47,669 nt of DNA. Source: an uncultured bacterium (lineage in GTDB: Bacteria; Patescibacteriota; Microgenomatia; UBA1400; PJMF01). The notes under the pieces are model-generated. The model searched no databases and was not told the origin of the DNA. It saw only the letters and a program-made list of their open reading frames with translations. The stretch covers positions 1 through 47,669 of the forward strand of contig CAUUGB010000002.1 in NCBI GenBank assembly GCA_963544615.1. The letters are read 5' to 3'. Positions 24,505 to 34,055 of this stretch are shown in pieces; within the stretch, counting starts at the first letter, position 1, and each line of letters begins with the position of its first letter. A program made the position numbers and the translations under genes.

Positions 24505-26703
24505 GTGAAAAAACTAAATTTGAGTTTATATCAAGCAATTGGCAATAAGCAGCAATTAGCTGCCCAGGTTAGTGATGTGAGTGGTACCAGCGATAACAAT
24601 AATTTAGACGATAGTGGTGTCTTAATGCAAGCTTTCAAAAAACAAAACAATTCCTTTACTTCAAGTGACAACAATAAACAAGTAGTTAAACCAACAAAAC
24701 AGAGAGAAAATGCCGTGATTAGCGCTAGCAGTCAGACAAAAAAAACTAGTCAGTTAAAATCACCTCCTAAATATTTATTACCATGGTGGGGGTGGTTGTT
24801 CGTGCTTCTTTTGGTTATTTTCTCAGCTACAGCAACTTTTTTCTTTGCTTTTATACAAAATTTCAAGCGCGAAGTCATTGCTTTTCAATTTCAGGTTAAC
24901 ACCACTGCAGCCTTAGCAAAGGAAGCTTTTAGCTTGCTGAAAACTCAAAACCTGCCAGCAACTAAAGAAAAAATGCTGGAGGTAAAAAGTAATTTAGAGC
25001 AAACTAAAGCATTATACGCTAACCTTGAGTCTGGAGCTAAAATGTTGGGTTATGGTAGTTATTATCAAGATGGCTTGAAGGCACTAACTTTAGCCGATGA
25101 GGGGATGAAGCTAGCAGATAAGGTAATTTTACTGATTGAACCTTATAGTGAAATGTTAGGTTTTAATCAGGATGAGCAAAATCAGGGCACTGCCGAAGAT
25201 AGAGTCAAAAAAATTCTTGCCGCTTTGCAAGTAGTCGGACCAGAAATTGATTCCTTAATTGTCGATTTAGAAAAAATGCAAACCGAATTAGCAGGTATTA
25301 ATGCCGATGCTTATCCGGATACTGTAGCCGGTTTTTTTGGCGCTAAGTTGGTGCTTAAAAGAATGGGTAAAGCAGACTTACTAAGTAAACCAGTCAAAAG
25401 TAAAATTGTCAATGCGCAGCAAAATTTTACTCAAATGGTTGCCACCCTTAAAGAGTATCGTCCTTTAATTGACCAGCTGCCAGCTATGATGGGTGGACAA
25501 GGTCAACGACGCAAATATTTAATTCTTTTCCAAAATAACAACGAGTTGCGTCCCACTGGAGGCTTTTTAACGGCTTATTCTATTGTTTATGTGGAAGATG
25601 GTAAAGTAACTCCAGAAAAAAGTGATGATATTTATGAATTAGATAAGAAGTTTGGTAAAAAAATTACCATTCCTGCCGAATTAGGACGCTATTTAACTAC
25701 CGAAAAATATTGGCATTTGCGCGATATGAATATTAATCCTGATTTCAAAGCTTCAATGGAAACTTTTTTACAAAATTATCAAACAGTTAAAGGGGAGCCG
25801 CAAGATATCGATGGTATTATTGCTATTGACACTAAAGTCCTCACCGATTTAGTTGAGGTATTAGGACCAATTCAAGTAGAAGGTTATGGCCAATTTTCTA
25901 TTGAACCTGACAAAAAATATCAAGCCCCCCAAATTGTAGTTGCTTTGTCTGAAATTATTACCCGACCCACTCCTTATCTTCGTCAAGATAGAAAAGGAAT
26001 ACTTGGTCCAATGATGAAAGCAATTTTGGAGCGGACTTATGGAGCGGGCAGAGAAACTATTCCCAAACTTTTTGAGTTAATGATTGCCAATATTGCCCAG
26101 CGACACGTGCAAGCTTACTTTTTAGACAACAATTTACAACAAGCAGGAGAAAAAATTAATTTAGCTGGGCGCATGAGTGCTCCCAATGATGGCAGTGACT
26201 TTTTGGCTATTGTCGACGCTAATTTGGGTGGAGCTAAGTCAAATTTATTTATTGATTACTCGGTTAAACAAACTATTTTGCCCCCCGAAGATGGGGTGAT
26301 TACCAAACAAGTGACCATTGATTATAAAAATTCTCGCCCTGGTGATAATTGCAATTTGGAAGCAGGGCTACTTTGTCTTAATGCTGTCAACAACGATTGG
26401 AATAGAATTTATTTACCTTTAGGCAGCAAGCTTGTAAGTGCCAAAGGTTATAAAGGCGAACCACAGGTTTATGATGATAAAGAAAAACAATTAACAGTTA
26501 TTGATGGCTTTTTTAGCTTAAATCCTAATAGTAATGCTAAAATTGACTTAACCTATACCTTGCCCTACAGTCAAAATACTTATCAGTTAAAAATTTGGCA
26601 GCAAGGAGGGTTGCGCAGGGTTAAACATTTGCTAGATGTTAATGGTAATCAAGAGGAGATAATTGTTGACCGGGATACAAATTATCATGCCTCATTCAAT
26701 TAA
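24505..26703 (+). CDS. DUF4012 domain-containing membrane-anchored protein
   Basis: TM helix near residue 95 and the RKYLILFQNNNELRPTGGFLTAYS motif characteristic of DUF4012. GTG start 6 nt after TATAAT. Confidence 0.7.
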   Translation: MKKLNLSLYQAIGNKQQLAAQVSDVSGTSDNNNLDDSGVLMQAFKKQNNSFTSSDNNKQVVKPTKQRENAVISASSQTKKTSQLKSPPKYLLPWWGWLFVLLLVIFSATATFFFAFIQNFKREVIAFQFQVNTTAALAKEAFSLLKTQNLPATKEKMLEVKSNLEQTKALYANLESGAKMLGYGSYYQDGLKALTLADEGMKLADKVILLIEPYSEMLGFNQDEQNQGTAEDRVKKILAALQVVGPEIDSLIVDLEKMQTELAGINADAYPDTVAGFFGAKLVLKRMGKADLLSKPVKSKIVNAQQNFTQMVATLKEYRPLIDQLPAMMGGQGQRRKYLILFQNNNELRPTGGFLTAYSIVYVEDGKVTPEKSDDIYELDKKFGKKITIPAELGRYLTTEKYWHLRDMNINPDFKASMETFLQNYQTVKGEPQDIDGIIAIDTKVLTDLVEVLGPIQVEGYGQFSIEPDKKYQAPQIVVALSEIITRPTPYLRQDRKGILGPMMKAILERTYGAGRETIPKLFELMIANIAQRHVQAYFLDNNLQQAGEKINLAGRMSAPNDGSDFLAIVDANLGGAKSNLFIDYSVKQTILPPEDGVITKQVTIDYKNSRPGDNCNLEAGLLCLNAVNNDWNRIYLPLGSKLVSAKGYKGEPQVYDDKEKQLTVIDGFFSLNPNSNAKIDLTYTLPYSQNTYQLKIWQQGGLRRVKHLLDVNGNQEEIIVDRDTNYHASFN

Positions 26704-27520
26704 AAAATCTCTCCAGCCACTGCTGCAATTGCTCATGAGCATGTCGGCTTTAAGTATTTCTTGGTTAGTGCTTTATTTTCCTCAAACTAGTAAATATGCT
26801 TTGCAATTTTTTTGTGCCTATATTGCCATTTTTTTTATTTTTAATTTATATTGGCGTAAAAAAAATCGCTCCCGCTCGATTGTAGCTGAAGAGCAACCTT
26901 TAAAACAATCTTGGGAAATTTCTCTAGTAGCGGGGGCAATTTTTCTTTTAGTTGGCAGCACTCAAGGGCTGAATTCTTTTCTTTTGCCACTTTATTATAT
27001 TTATTTTTTCTTTGCTATTTTTGTTAATTCCAGCTGGATTACTTGGCTGCGAACCATTTGTGAATTAACTTTTTTAATTTTTTTTACTCCAGATTTTGGT
27101 CCACCACATTACTCAAATATTTTCTCTTTAGCTGTATTTATCACCATCAGTTATTTTGCTCAACAATATTATCAGCGAGCTCTTAAAGACAACTTACAAC
27201 TTCAAGATGAAAAACAAAAGGTCAGCTACTACAATATGTATGCGGAAAAAAAACAAAATGAGCTTTTAGCCCAAGAAAATCAATTACAACATCAATTAAG
27301 CAGCGCTAATGATTATTTAACTGATTTAATTACTCAAGTAGACAAACTACAAACTCAAAGCCGTTTTGCTTATAATCAATTAATTATCTCAGCAGGATTA
27401 ACTAAGGTGGGTTTGCTGCTACGTCGTTTGCGCCAAAGCATGCAAAAAGACCAATCTTTACTAAGTGTTAGTAATAATAATGATAATGTTGGCATAATCA
27501 ATGAAATTAAATCAAGTTAA
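26663..27520 (+). CDS. polytopic membrane protein with C-terminal coiled coil
   Basis: Five or six hydrophobic helices followed by a Gln-rich coiled coil. The TTG start follows AAGAGGAG; an alternative ATG is at 26687. It overlaps both neighbouring genes. Confidence 0.55.
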   Translation: MLTGIQIIMPHSIKKSLQPLLQLLMSMSALSISWLVLYFPQTSKYALQFFCAYIAIFFIFNLYWRKKNRSRSIVAEEQPLKQSWEISLVAGAIFLLVGSTQGLNSFLLPLYYIYFFFAIFVNSSWITWLRTICELTFLIFFTPDFGPPHYSNIFSLAVFITISYFAQQYYQRALKDNLQLQDEKQKVSYYNMYAEKKQNELLAQENQLQHQLSSANDYLTDLITQVDKLQTQSRFAYNQLIISAGLTKVGLLLRRLRQSMQKDQSLLSVSNNNDNVGIINEIKSS

Positions 27521-28079
27521 AGTTGGTATTAGTAATCGTCATTTACATTTGTGTCAAAATGATTTAGAAATTCTTTTTGGCAAAAATTATCAGTTAAATA
27601 TTAAGCAAAATCTAACTCAACCAGAACAGTTTGCTGCCCAAGAAACAGTCAGCCTCATTGGTCCACGCGGTAAAATAGAGGCAGTACGGGTGGTGGGACC
27701 GGTTCGCTCTTTCACTCAGGTGGAAATCTCTTTAACTGACGCTAGACACTTGGGGATTAAGCCACCACTGCGTCTTTCTGGTGATTTAGCTAATTCGCTT
27801 GGTATTACCATTGTGGGCACAGTTGGCCAACTTACCTTAAATAGCGGGGTAATTATTGCCAAAAGACACTTACATTTGCATTCCAGTCAAGCCCTAGCTT
27901 TGGGTTTGAGTGCTGGTCAAGCAGTCTCGATTGCCTGTGAGGGAGAGCGAGCTTTAGTTTTTCACCAGGTAATAGTGCGTCCAGGTGATAAGCAACAGGC
28001 GGAATTTCATCTTGATACTGACGAAGCAAATGCTGCCAATTTAGTCAGTGGTGATTTAGTAACAATTTTATTGCCTTAA
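27501..28079 (+). CDS. pduL: PduL-type phosphate acyltransferase
   Basis: VGISNRHLHLCQNDLEILFG and a second AKRHLHLH repeat, plus VRVVGPVRSFTQVEIS, typical of PduL (PTAC) proteins. Confidence 0.8.
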   Translation: MKLNQVKVGISNRHLHLCQNDLEILFGKNYQLNIKQNLTQPEQFAAQETVSLIGPRGKIEAVRVVGPVRSFTQVEISLTDARHLGIKPPLRLSGDLANSLGITIVGTVGQLTLNSGVIIAKRHLHLHSSQALALGLSAGQAVSIACEGERALVFHQVIVRPGDKQQAEFHLDTDEANAANLVSGDLVTILLP

Positions 28080-29629
28080 AAAAGAGGTGCCACCAAACGC
28101 AAAATACTGCGAATGATGTGAGTATGCCAGCGCACTTCATTAACTCTGGAAAGAGGCACTAGGCTGGATTCAGTAATAATGTTATCTAAATCAGCTTGGA
28201 GTTGTTTTAAGGCTGCAGTCTTATACATTAGCACTCCAGCTTCAAAAAGCAAAAACAAACTGCGAAAATCTAAATTAATACTCCCCACCACCCCAATTTC
28301 ATCATCAACTAAAATAGTTTTCCCATGAATAAATCCAGGTAAATATTCATAAATTTTTACTCCAGCTTCAAGCAAATTAACATAAAAAGCCTGCGAGAGT
28401 AAACGTACATACCACTTGTCATAATGGCTAGGAACTACAATAATAACTTCTATGCCAATTTTTGCTGCCAGACAAAGAGCGGTTAATAATTCATTATTAA
28501 GCACTAAATAGGGAGAGGTAATTACAATTTTGTTTTTAGCCTTGGTAATTAAATTAAAGTAGACACTTGCACTGACATATTCATTGCCTTGTGGTTCACT
28601 GCCAAATGGTTGGACAATGCCGTCATCTTCAAATTTGGTTTTTGGGGGTAAAAAATAATTAAAATCAAGGTCACTTTGAAAAGTGGCATTCCACATTTGC
28701 AAAAATAAAACAGTTACCGACCAACTAGCTTCACCTTTAAGACGCACTGCCATATCTTTCCAGTGACCATAAGGATGAATAACATTAATGTACTCATCAG
28801 CCAAATTAATTCCCCCTAAATAACTAGTCACCCCATCAATCACTACAATTTTGCGATGGTCACGATTATTAACTTTAGTTTGCAAAAAAGGACGAAGACG
28901 ATTAAAACATTTAGCTTCTATGCCAACTTGAGCCATTTTTTTAGGAAAATTATTCGGCAGTAAAATAGAACCTAAATCATCATAGAGAATGCGCACTTGG
29001 ACGCCAGATTTTGCTTTGGTGGTTAAAATACTTAAAATTTCACTCCACATTTTACCCTCGCGAATAATAAAATATTCCAAAAAAATATATTTCTTAGCTA
29101 ACTTTAATTGTTGCAGTAAATCAGTAAAATAATCCTCCCCACAACTGAAATATTTACTTTGGGTGTTAGTGTATGCCAGGGCTGCACCGCTTTGACTTAA
29201 ATAATAAAACTGACTGCGCACCAATGGACTTAAATGTGCTAACTTTAAGCCAACCTCATCTTGGGGAGTTAATTTAGCGCGCAGCCTTTGATTAAGTAAA
29301 GTATAACGGCGGGGTTTTTTATGTGGCAGTTGTCGCCAACGAGAATACAAATAAATTAACGCTCCAGTGGGTGGAATAATAAAAATCACAAACAACCATC
29401 CCAACTTATAAGCCGGGTTATCTTTGCTGGAAATTAAATATAGCGAAAATAAAAAATTAATTAATTGAAAAACAAAATACAGTTGTGAACTAAAAGGAAA
29501 AATATTCAGAGTAAAAATAAAAATGAAATAAATTTGCAAGCTAATGAGTAAAATAAAAAAGAAAGCCCGAGTAAAAATTAAGCCCAATAATTTAGTGAGA
29601 CTAAAACGTTTATTATCCATATTCATCAA
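28076..29629 (-). CDS. cls: cardiolipin synthase (PLD superfamily)
   Basis: Two HKD motifs (NRDHRKIVVIDG; IHGKTILVDD) and N-terminal TM helices. TTG start at 29629, with an alternative ATG at 29626. Confidence 0.9.
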   Translation of the reverse strand: MMNMDNKRFSLTKLLGLIFTRAFFFILLISLQIYFIFIFTLNIFPFSSQLYFVFQLINFLFSLYLISSKDNPAYKLGWLFVIFIIPPTGALIYLYSRWRQLPHKKPRRYTLLNQRLRAKLTPQDEVGLKLAHLSPLVRSQFYYLSQSGAALAYTNTQSKYFSCGEDYFTDLLQQLKLAKKYIFLEYFIIREGKMWSEILSILTTKAKSGVQVRILYDDLGSILLPNNFPKKMAQVGIEAKCFNRLRPFLQTKVNNRDHRKIVVIDGVTSYLGGINLADEYINVIHPYGHWKDMAVRLKGEASWSVTVLFLQMWNATFQSDLDFNYFLPPKTKFEDDGIVQPFGSEPQGNEYVSASVYFNLITKAKNKIVITSPYLVLNNELLTALCLAAKIGIEVIIVVPSHYDKWYVRLLSQAFYVNLLEAGVKIYEYLPGFIHGKTILVDDEIGVVGSINLDFRSLFLLFEAGVLMYKTAALKQLQADLDNIITESSLVPLSRVNEVRWHTHIIRSILRLVAPLF

Positions 29630-29680
29630 TTAAAACGCTATTATAGCAGTTTTATATAAAATTGGGGTTTTTATTTTGAT

Positions 29681-31072
29681 TTAACTGGAGAAAATAGCTT
29701 GATGGCGTCTTTTGACATGAGCTTTTTTACCAAAGCGATGGGCTTCATCACGCAGTTGCTCTAAAAGTTGTAAAGCCAAATTTTCACCACTCAAAGATAA
29801 TACTTGCCAGTCTATTTTTAGCTTATTAGTCAAACCAGCCAAGCTAACTTTTTGTGGTATCACTATGCGGTCGGGATCTTTAGCCAAACCAATCACAGGT
29901 ATCTTTTGCCAAGCAGTTTGCCACAGGGCGGTTAAAACAGCTCGTACTTGCCCTTTACCACCATCAATTAACAATAAATTTGGTTCTGGCCAATCACGGT
30001 GTTGACTGCGGCGCAACAGTGCTTCTTTTAACATGGCAAAATCATTGGGAGTGTCTAAAGTTTTAATATTAAAAAGTCGGTATGAGTTGGGGTCACTTAC
30101 TCCATTGGTAAAAACCACTTGAGAAACTACTGCTAGTTTACCACTGGTGTTACTCACATCATAAGCCTCAATTCTCTCTAGGGGATAAGCTTTGGGTAAA
30201 CTTAAATATTGGCGCAATAAACGCCGCAACATTAGCAGAGCTTGCTGACTTTTAATTTGATTAAGGTCGGGTAAATATAAATCATTTTTCAGCCGATAAT
30301 TTTTTTGGGTAATTTCTTTAATCATGACTAATTGATCACGCAGCCGGGCTGCTTTTTCAAATTCAGCCTCATTGGCTGCCTGCCACATTTGCTTTTTAAG
30401 ATTAGCACTTACCAAACTAGACTTGCCCGCTAAAAAATTTGCTAAGTTGGCAATTAGCTTGTGATAATCTGCGGCACTAATTTTACCCGTGCATACCCCA
30501 GGACAAAGTTGCAAATGATTTTCTAAACAACGACGCATATTTTTTTTTCTTGGCGCATTACACCAAGGTAAAATTGGACGAATTAATTTGAGAATTTGCT
30601 TAACTTTATAAGCAGAAGGAAAAGGACCAAAAATTTGACCTTGATATTTAATTTTATCTAAATTTCTTTTGCGCATCATTAACACTCGAGGGAATTTTTC
30701 TTTGGTTAAAAGAATATATAAGGGGCTTTTGTCATCTTTGAGTAAAGTATTGTATGGTGGTTGATGTAAATTAATCAATGCGGCCTCTACAAGGAGGGCT
30801 TGCAATTCACTCTCTAAGATTGCATAGTTAAGATAAACTGCCTTGCTAGTCATTTCGGCAATTTTTAAGGAAAGCTTAGTGTGCCTATAACTGTTAAGGC
30901 GATTTTTTAAGTTTTTGGCTTTCCCTACGTAGAGCACGCGCTTTTTTTCGTCTAGCCACCAATACACTCCCGGTTGTGATGGTAACTGCGCAAAGCAGTC
31001 CCATAAGCGCAAAGGCTGGGTAGGAGATGAGCAAACTTGGCATGACAATGGTTTGGATAAGTTTGTTTTCAT
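29681..31072 (-). CDS. uvrC: excinuclease ABC subunit C (short form, no C-terminal HhH2)
   Basis: GIY-YIG (GVYWWLDEKKRVLYVGKAKNLKNRLNSY), a UVR motif (FEKAARLRDQL), and an endonuclease V-like domain (IEAYDVSN). The true start may be the TTG at about 31012. Overlaps the upstream ORF. Confidence 0.85.
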   Translation of the reverse strand: MKTNLSKPLSCQVCSSPTQPLRLWDCFAQLPSQPGVYWWLDEKKRVLYVGKAKNLKNRLNSYRHTKLSLKIAEMTSKAVYLNYAILESELQALLVEAALINLHQPPYNTLLKDDKSPLYILLTKEKFPRVLMMRKRNLDKIKYQGQIFGPFPSAYKVKQILKLIRPILPWCNAPRKKNMRRCLENHLQLCPGVCTGKISAADYHKLIANLANFLAGKSSLVSANLKKQMWQAANEAEFEKAARLRDQLVMIKEITQKNYRLKNDLYLPDLNQIKSQQALLMLRRLLRQYLSLPKAYPLERIEAYDVSNTSGKLAVVSQVVFTNGVSDPNSYRLFNIKTLDTPNDFAMLKEALLRRSQHRDWPEPNLLLIDGGKGQVRAVLTALWQTAWQKIPVIGLAKDPDRIVIPQKVSLAGLTNKLKIDWQVLSLSGENLALQLLEQLRDEAHRFGKKAHVKRRHQAIFSS

Positions 31073-32297
31073 GACTGATAGTTAAGACTAATTCACTCTG
31101 TTGATAAGGCAGCCACCAAGATTCTGGAGTCAGTGCTGCTATTATAGCTAATTTTTGCCAACCTAAAAGAGAAATCTCTTCTAAAGGATAAATTATTTTG
31201 CCTTGTGCTCCTTGGGCTTGAAGTTGTAGCCTTAGTCCATTAATTTGTTTGGGGGAATTGTTAAATAAATTTATTTGATAATAATTTAAGATGGGGAAAA
31301 TGCCAAACTGGTGCAAATTTAAGTTGACTTGAATTTTTTCTTCTGGATTAAGATTGAAAATCTCATCAGGAATTTGTTCAATATGCCAAGCATTAAAATT
31401 CCCGCTTAAATAGGGAAAATAATTACTGGCTTGGAAATCTATGGTAGGATTTTTAATCACTAGATAACCTTGAGCATACAAATGAGTTTTTTGTCCTGCA
31501 CCCAATAAATAGTATGCTTGCCAAGTGTGGGCACTATTAAGTTTCCAAACTGTTGGTTCAGGGCTAATACTTTGATACCACACCGCTACCTCACCTGAGT
31601 CACTGGGAAATTGATAGGCACTGTAGGCAGCTGAATTAGCCTTATTTTCTATCACCCCCTCATAGGTAAACTGCAAATATTGTTCTTGACCATAAACCAG
31701 GCTAATAGTTTCACCCAAACTTTGATCAAATTCATACATTGCCTCCCCAGCTTTAACACTAGATTTTTGTACTTGATGAGAAAATTTTGGCACTCCCCAA
31801 CTAGTAGGCACACGCACTCTCAGGATATAGCTGGCAAAATGTTGGGCTTCACCTAAAGGAGGAATAGTAATAACTTTATTTTCACCTCGATTTTTAAGTA
31901 ATTGGTGGGCACTCATTTCCACATTAAAGTGGCGTTTTTTTCCTTGTCCAACTAAGTCATTGACAAAAGCTAATTCTACCAAAGTTTGCCCATTGGCTTC
32001 TTTAATATTTTTGTCAATTTCTTCTCCTTGAGGAACAACTACTAAGTTAGCTAAATTAGTTCCAGGAAAAACCAGCTGATAATTTTTAACATATTTAACC
32101 GGATTAGTGTTGGTGAGGGTAAATTGATAAACACCACTACTACTGCCAAGTGCAGCAAAAGTGAATTCTGCTACCACCTCACTGCGATAATTATCTGCCA
32201 ATTTGCCAGCAGCACTGGCAGGATTTTCTTGGGCGTAAATTGGCGGAGCAAAAAGACTTAAAAAGCCTAAAATAGCAACTATTTTTTTTATTTTCAT
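30894..32297 (-). CDS. secreted surface protein with C-terminal TM helix and basic tail
   Basis: Signal peptide (MKIKKIVAILGFLSLFAPPIYA) and a C-terminal AFALMGLLCAVTITTGSVLVARRKKA. The last 60 or so codons overlap uvrC in another frame. Confidence 0.6.
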   Translation of the reverse strand: MKIKKIVAILGFLSLFAPPIYAQENPASAAGKLADNYRSEVVAEFTFAALGSSSGVYQFTLTNTNPVKYVKNYQLVFPGTNLANLVVVPQGEEIDKNIKEANGQTLVELAFVNDLVGQGKKRHFNVEMSAHQLLKNRGENKVITIPPLGEAQHFASYILRVRVPTSWGVPKFSHQVQKSSVKAGEAMYEFDQSLGETISLVYGQEQYLQFTYEGVIENKANSAAYSAYQFPSDSGEVAVWYQSISPEPTVWKLNSAHTWQAYYLLGAGQKTHLYAQGYLVIKNPTIDFQASNYFPYLSGNFNAWHIEQIPDEIFNLNPEEKIQVNLNLHQFGIFPILNYYQINLFNNSPKQINGLRLQLQAQGAQGKIIYPLEEISLLGWQKLAIIAALTPESWWLPYQQSELVLTISHENKLIQTIVMPSLLISYPAFALMGLLCAVTITTGSVLVARRKKARALRRESQKLKKSP

Positions 32298-33280
32298 TTC
32301 AAGTAATTATCAATATTGGCTTGATGTTGCTCCAAGGTTTTGCCATAATGTATTTGCCCAGCTGAGTCATGTAAATAATAAAAATAATCGCTCTCAAGTG
32401 GTGAATAGGCAGCCTTTATAGCGTCTAAGCTCACCGCACAAATTGGGGCTGGGGGCAAATTGGGGTGAAGATAGGTGTTATAAGGAGAAACTACCTTAGT
32501 ATCAAGAACACTAGGAGGTGTCCACCAAGAGCCAGTTTGGGGATTTTTACCCACTGCGTACTGTGCGGTCGCACAAAGTTGCAGAGGATAATTGGCAGCT
32601 AAGCGGTTATTAATGATCCCAGCAATCATGCGCATTTGTTCGCTATCACGTGCTTCTCTTTGTAGCAGAGAAGCAATAATAATAATTTCATCTAAGCTTT
32701 TGTGACTATTTGCCACTCCTTTTTGAATTTCAGCATTATTTAAAACTGCTTTGGTAAATTGTTGGCTTAAAATATTAACCACAGTTGCTGCGGTACTTAA
32801 AGGGGCAATTTTGTAAGTATCTGGCATAAGTTTGCCTTCTAACCCAGCAGTTAAACTCATAAATTCGTCACTTGAAAAAGCACTCAGCGGCTGTCGGCTT
32901 AAATATTCAGCAATTTCTTCTCGGCGCCAGCCAGGTAAAATAGTAATCGTTACTTCTTGAGGGGGTTGGTGAAGTTCACTGTAAATTTGTGCCAAAGACA
33001 TCTTGGAGTGCAAAACATGAGTACCAGCTTGAAGAGGAATTTGGCTAGTAAAAAGCCAATGATAAAGTTTTAAAGCAAACGCAGAGCGAATTAAATTAGC
33101 TGTCTTTAACTCGGGAGCAAGGCTATACAAACTATCTCCCGATTTGATGAGTAAATTAATTTTTTCTCCTGTAGACAAGTTTTGCGGGGCAAAAAAAAGC
33201 CAGTGTCCCAGAGCGTAAGTACCTCCAATTGCTGTCAAAAGAAGCAGCAAAAAAAAGGCAGCATAAATAATTTTTTTCAT
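32294..33280 (-). CDS. mltG: endolytic murein transglycosylase MltG (YceG family)
   Basis: N-terminal TM anchor, ILPGWRREEI, ASLLQREA (catalytic Glu region), and NTYLHPNLPPAPIC motifs. Confidence 0.85.
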   Translation of the reverse strand: MKKIIYAAFFLLLLLTAIGGTYALGHWLFFAPQNLSTGEKINLLIKSGDSLYSLAPELKTANLIRSAFALKLYHWLFTSQIPLQAGTHVLHSKMSLAQIYSELHQPPQEVTITILPGWRREEIAEYLSRQPLSAFSSDEFMSLTAGLEGKLMPDTYKIAPLSTAATVVNILSQQFTKAVLNNAEIQKGVANSHKSLDEIIIIASLLQREARDSEQMRMIAGIINNRLAANYPLQLCATAQYAVGKNPQTGSWWTPPSVLDTKVVSPYNTYLHPNLPPAPICAVSLDAIKAAYSPLESDYFYYLHDSAGQIHYGKTLEQHQANIDNYLK

Positions 33281-33288
33281 TTTTTCTA

Positions 33289-33759
33289 TTAACTGGGTTG
33301 CTTTTTCCCAGTCAGAACATCCGCAAAATAATTGTTAATGTCTTGATCGCCTAAAATACAGCGTCCACTGGGATGAAGTTTTTCATCATTAAGATACAAA
33401 AAGGGGACAGCAATTCTTTTATTGTCAATTTGACAAACACTGGCGAACTCTCGCAGTTTAGCAGTGTTGCTGTTACCAGTAACTGGATTGTCTAGCGGCA
33501 CTAAAGCCAAATCTAAATGAGTGTATAAATTGTTGTTTTGATTTAACCAGTTGTGGACATTTTTGCAATGTGGGCAAGTGGAAGTGGTAAAAAGATAAGC
33601 GCTGCGGGTGGCAAAATCTTGTTCGCTAAACTGCTCATTGGAAGTAATTTGGCTAAATTCTTGACTAGAGTTACTTTTGTTAAGTTTAATAAAAACCAAA
33701 CTCACAAACATCACTATTCCTAAAATAGTTATCCCAATCAGAGTAAAATTTTTTTGCAT
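33289..33759 (-). CDS. membrane-anchored thioredoxin/glutaredoxin-like protein (CPHC)
   Basis: N-terminal TM helix and a TSTCPHCKNV redox motif. TATAAT lies 9 nt upstream of the ATG. Confidence 0.65.
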   Translation of the reverse strand: MQKNFTLIGITILGIVMFVSLVFIKLNKSNSSQEFSQITSNEQFSEQDFATRSAYLFTTSTCPHCKNVHNWLNQNNNLYTHLDLALVPLDNPVTGNSNTAKLREFASVCQIDNKRIAVPFLYLNDEKLHPSGRCILGDQDINNYFADVLTGKKQPS

Positions 33760-33831
33760 AGAGAGAAAATTATATCATTTGCACCACCAGCGTCAATTTG
33801 TCAAACCTGTTTTGGCATCAAGTATTTTTTT

Positions 33832-33909
33832 TGGGGTAGCTGACGGGAGTCGAACCCGCGACCTTCGGGACCACAACCCGACGCTCTAACCAACTAAGCT
33901 ACAGCCACC
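33832..33909 (-). tRNA. tRNA-His (GTG) with encoded G-1 and CCA
   Basis: G-1 plus acceptor GTGGCTG/CAGCTAC, anticodon loop TTGTGGT, and T arm GCGGG-TTCGACT-CCCGT. Discriminator C followed by CCA. Confidence 0.93.
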
Positions 33910-33919
33910 AACCTCCTAG

Positions 33920-34002
33920 TGCCTCGGGGGAGACTCGAACTCCCATGGTATTGCTACCGGCAGATTTTAAGTCTGCTGTGTCTACCATTCCACCACCAAG
34001 GC
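33920..34002 (-). tRNA. tRNA-Leu (TAA)
   Basis: Acceptor GCCTTGG/CCGAGGC, anticodon stem GCAGA/TCTGC with loop CTTAAAA, a long variable arm, and T arm GGGAG-TTCGAGT-CTCCC. CCA is not encoded. Confidence 0.93.
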
Positions 34003-34055
34003 ACACCAAGACAATGATTATACCATTTATTTAAGCAACTGTTTATAATAATGCG

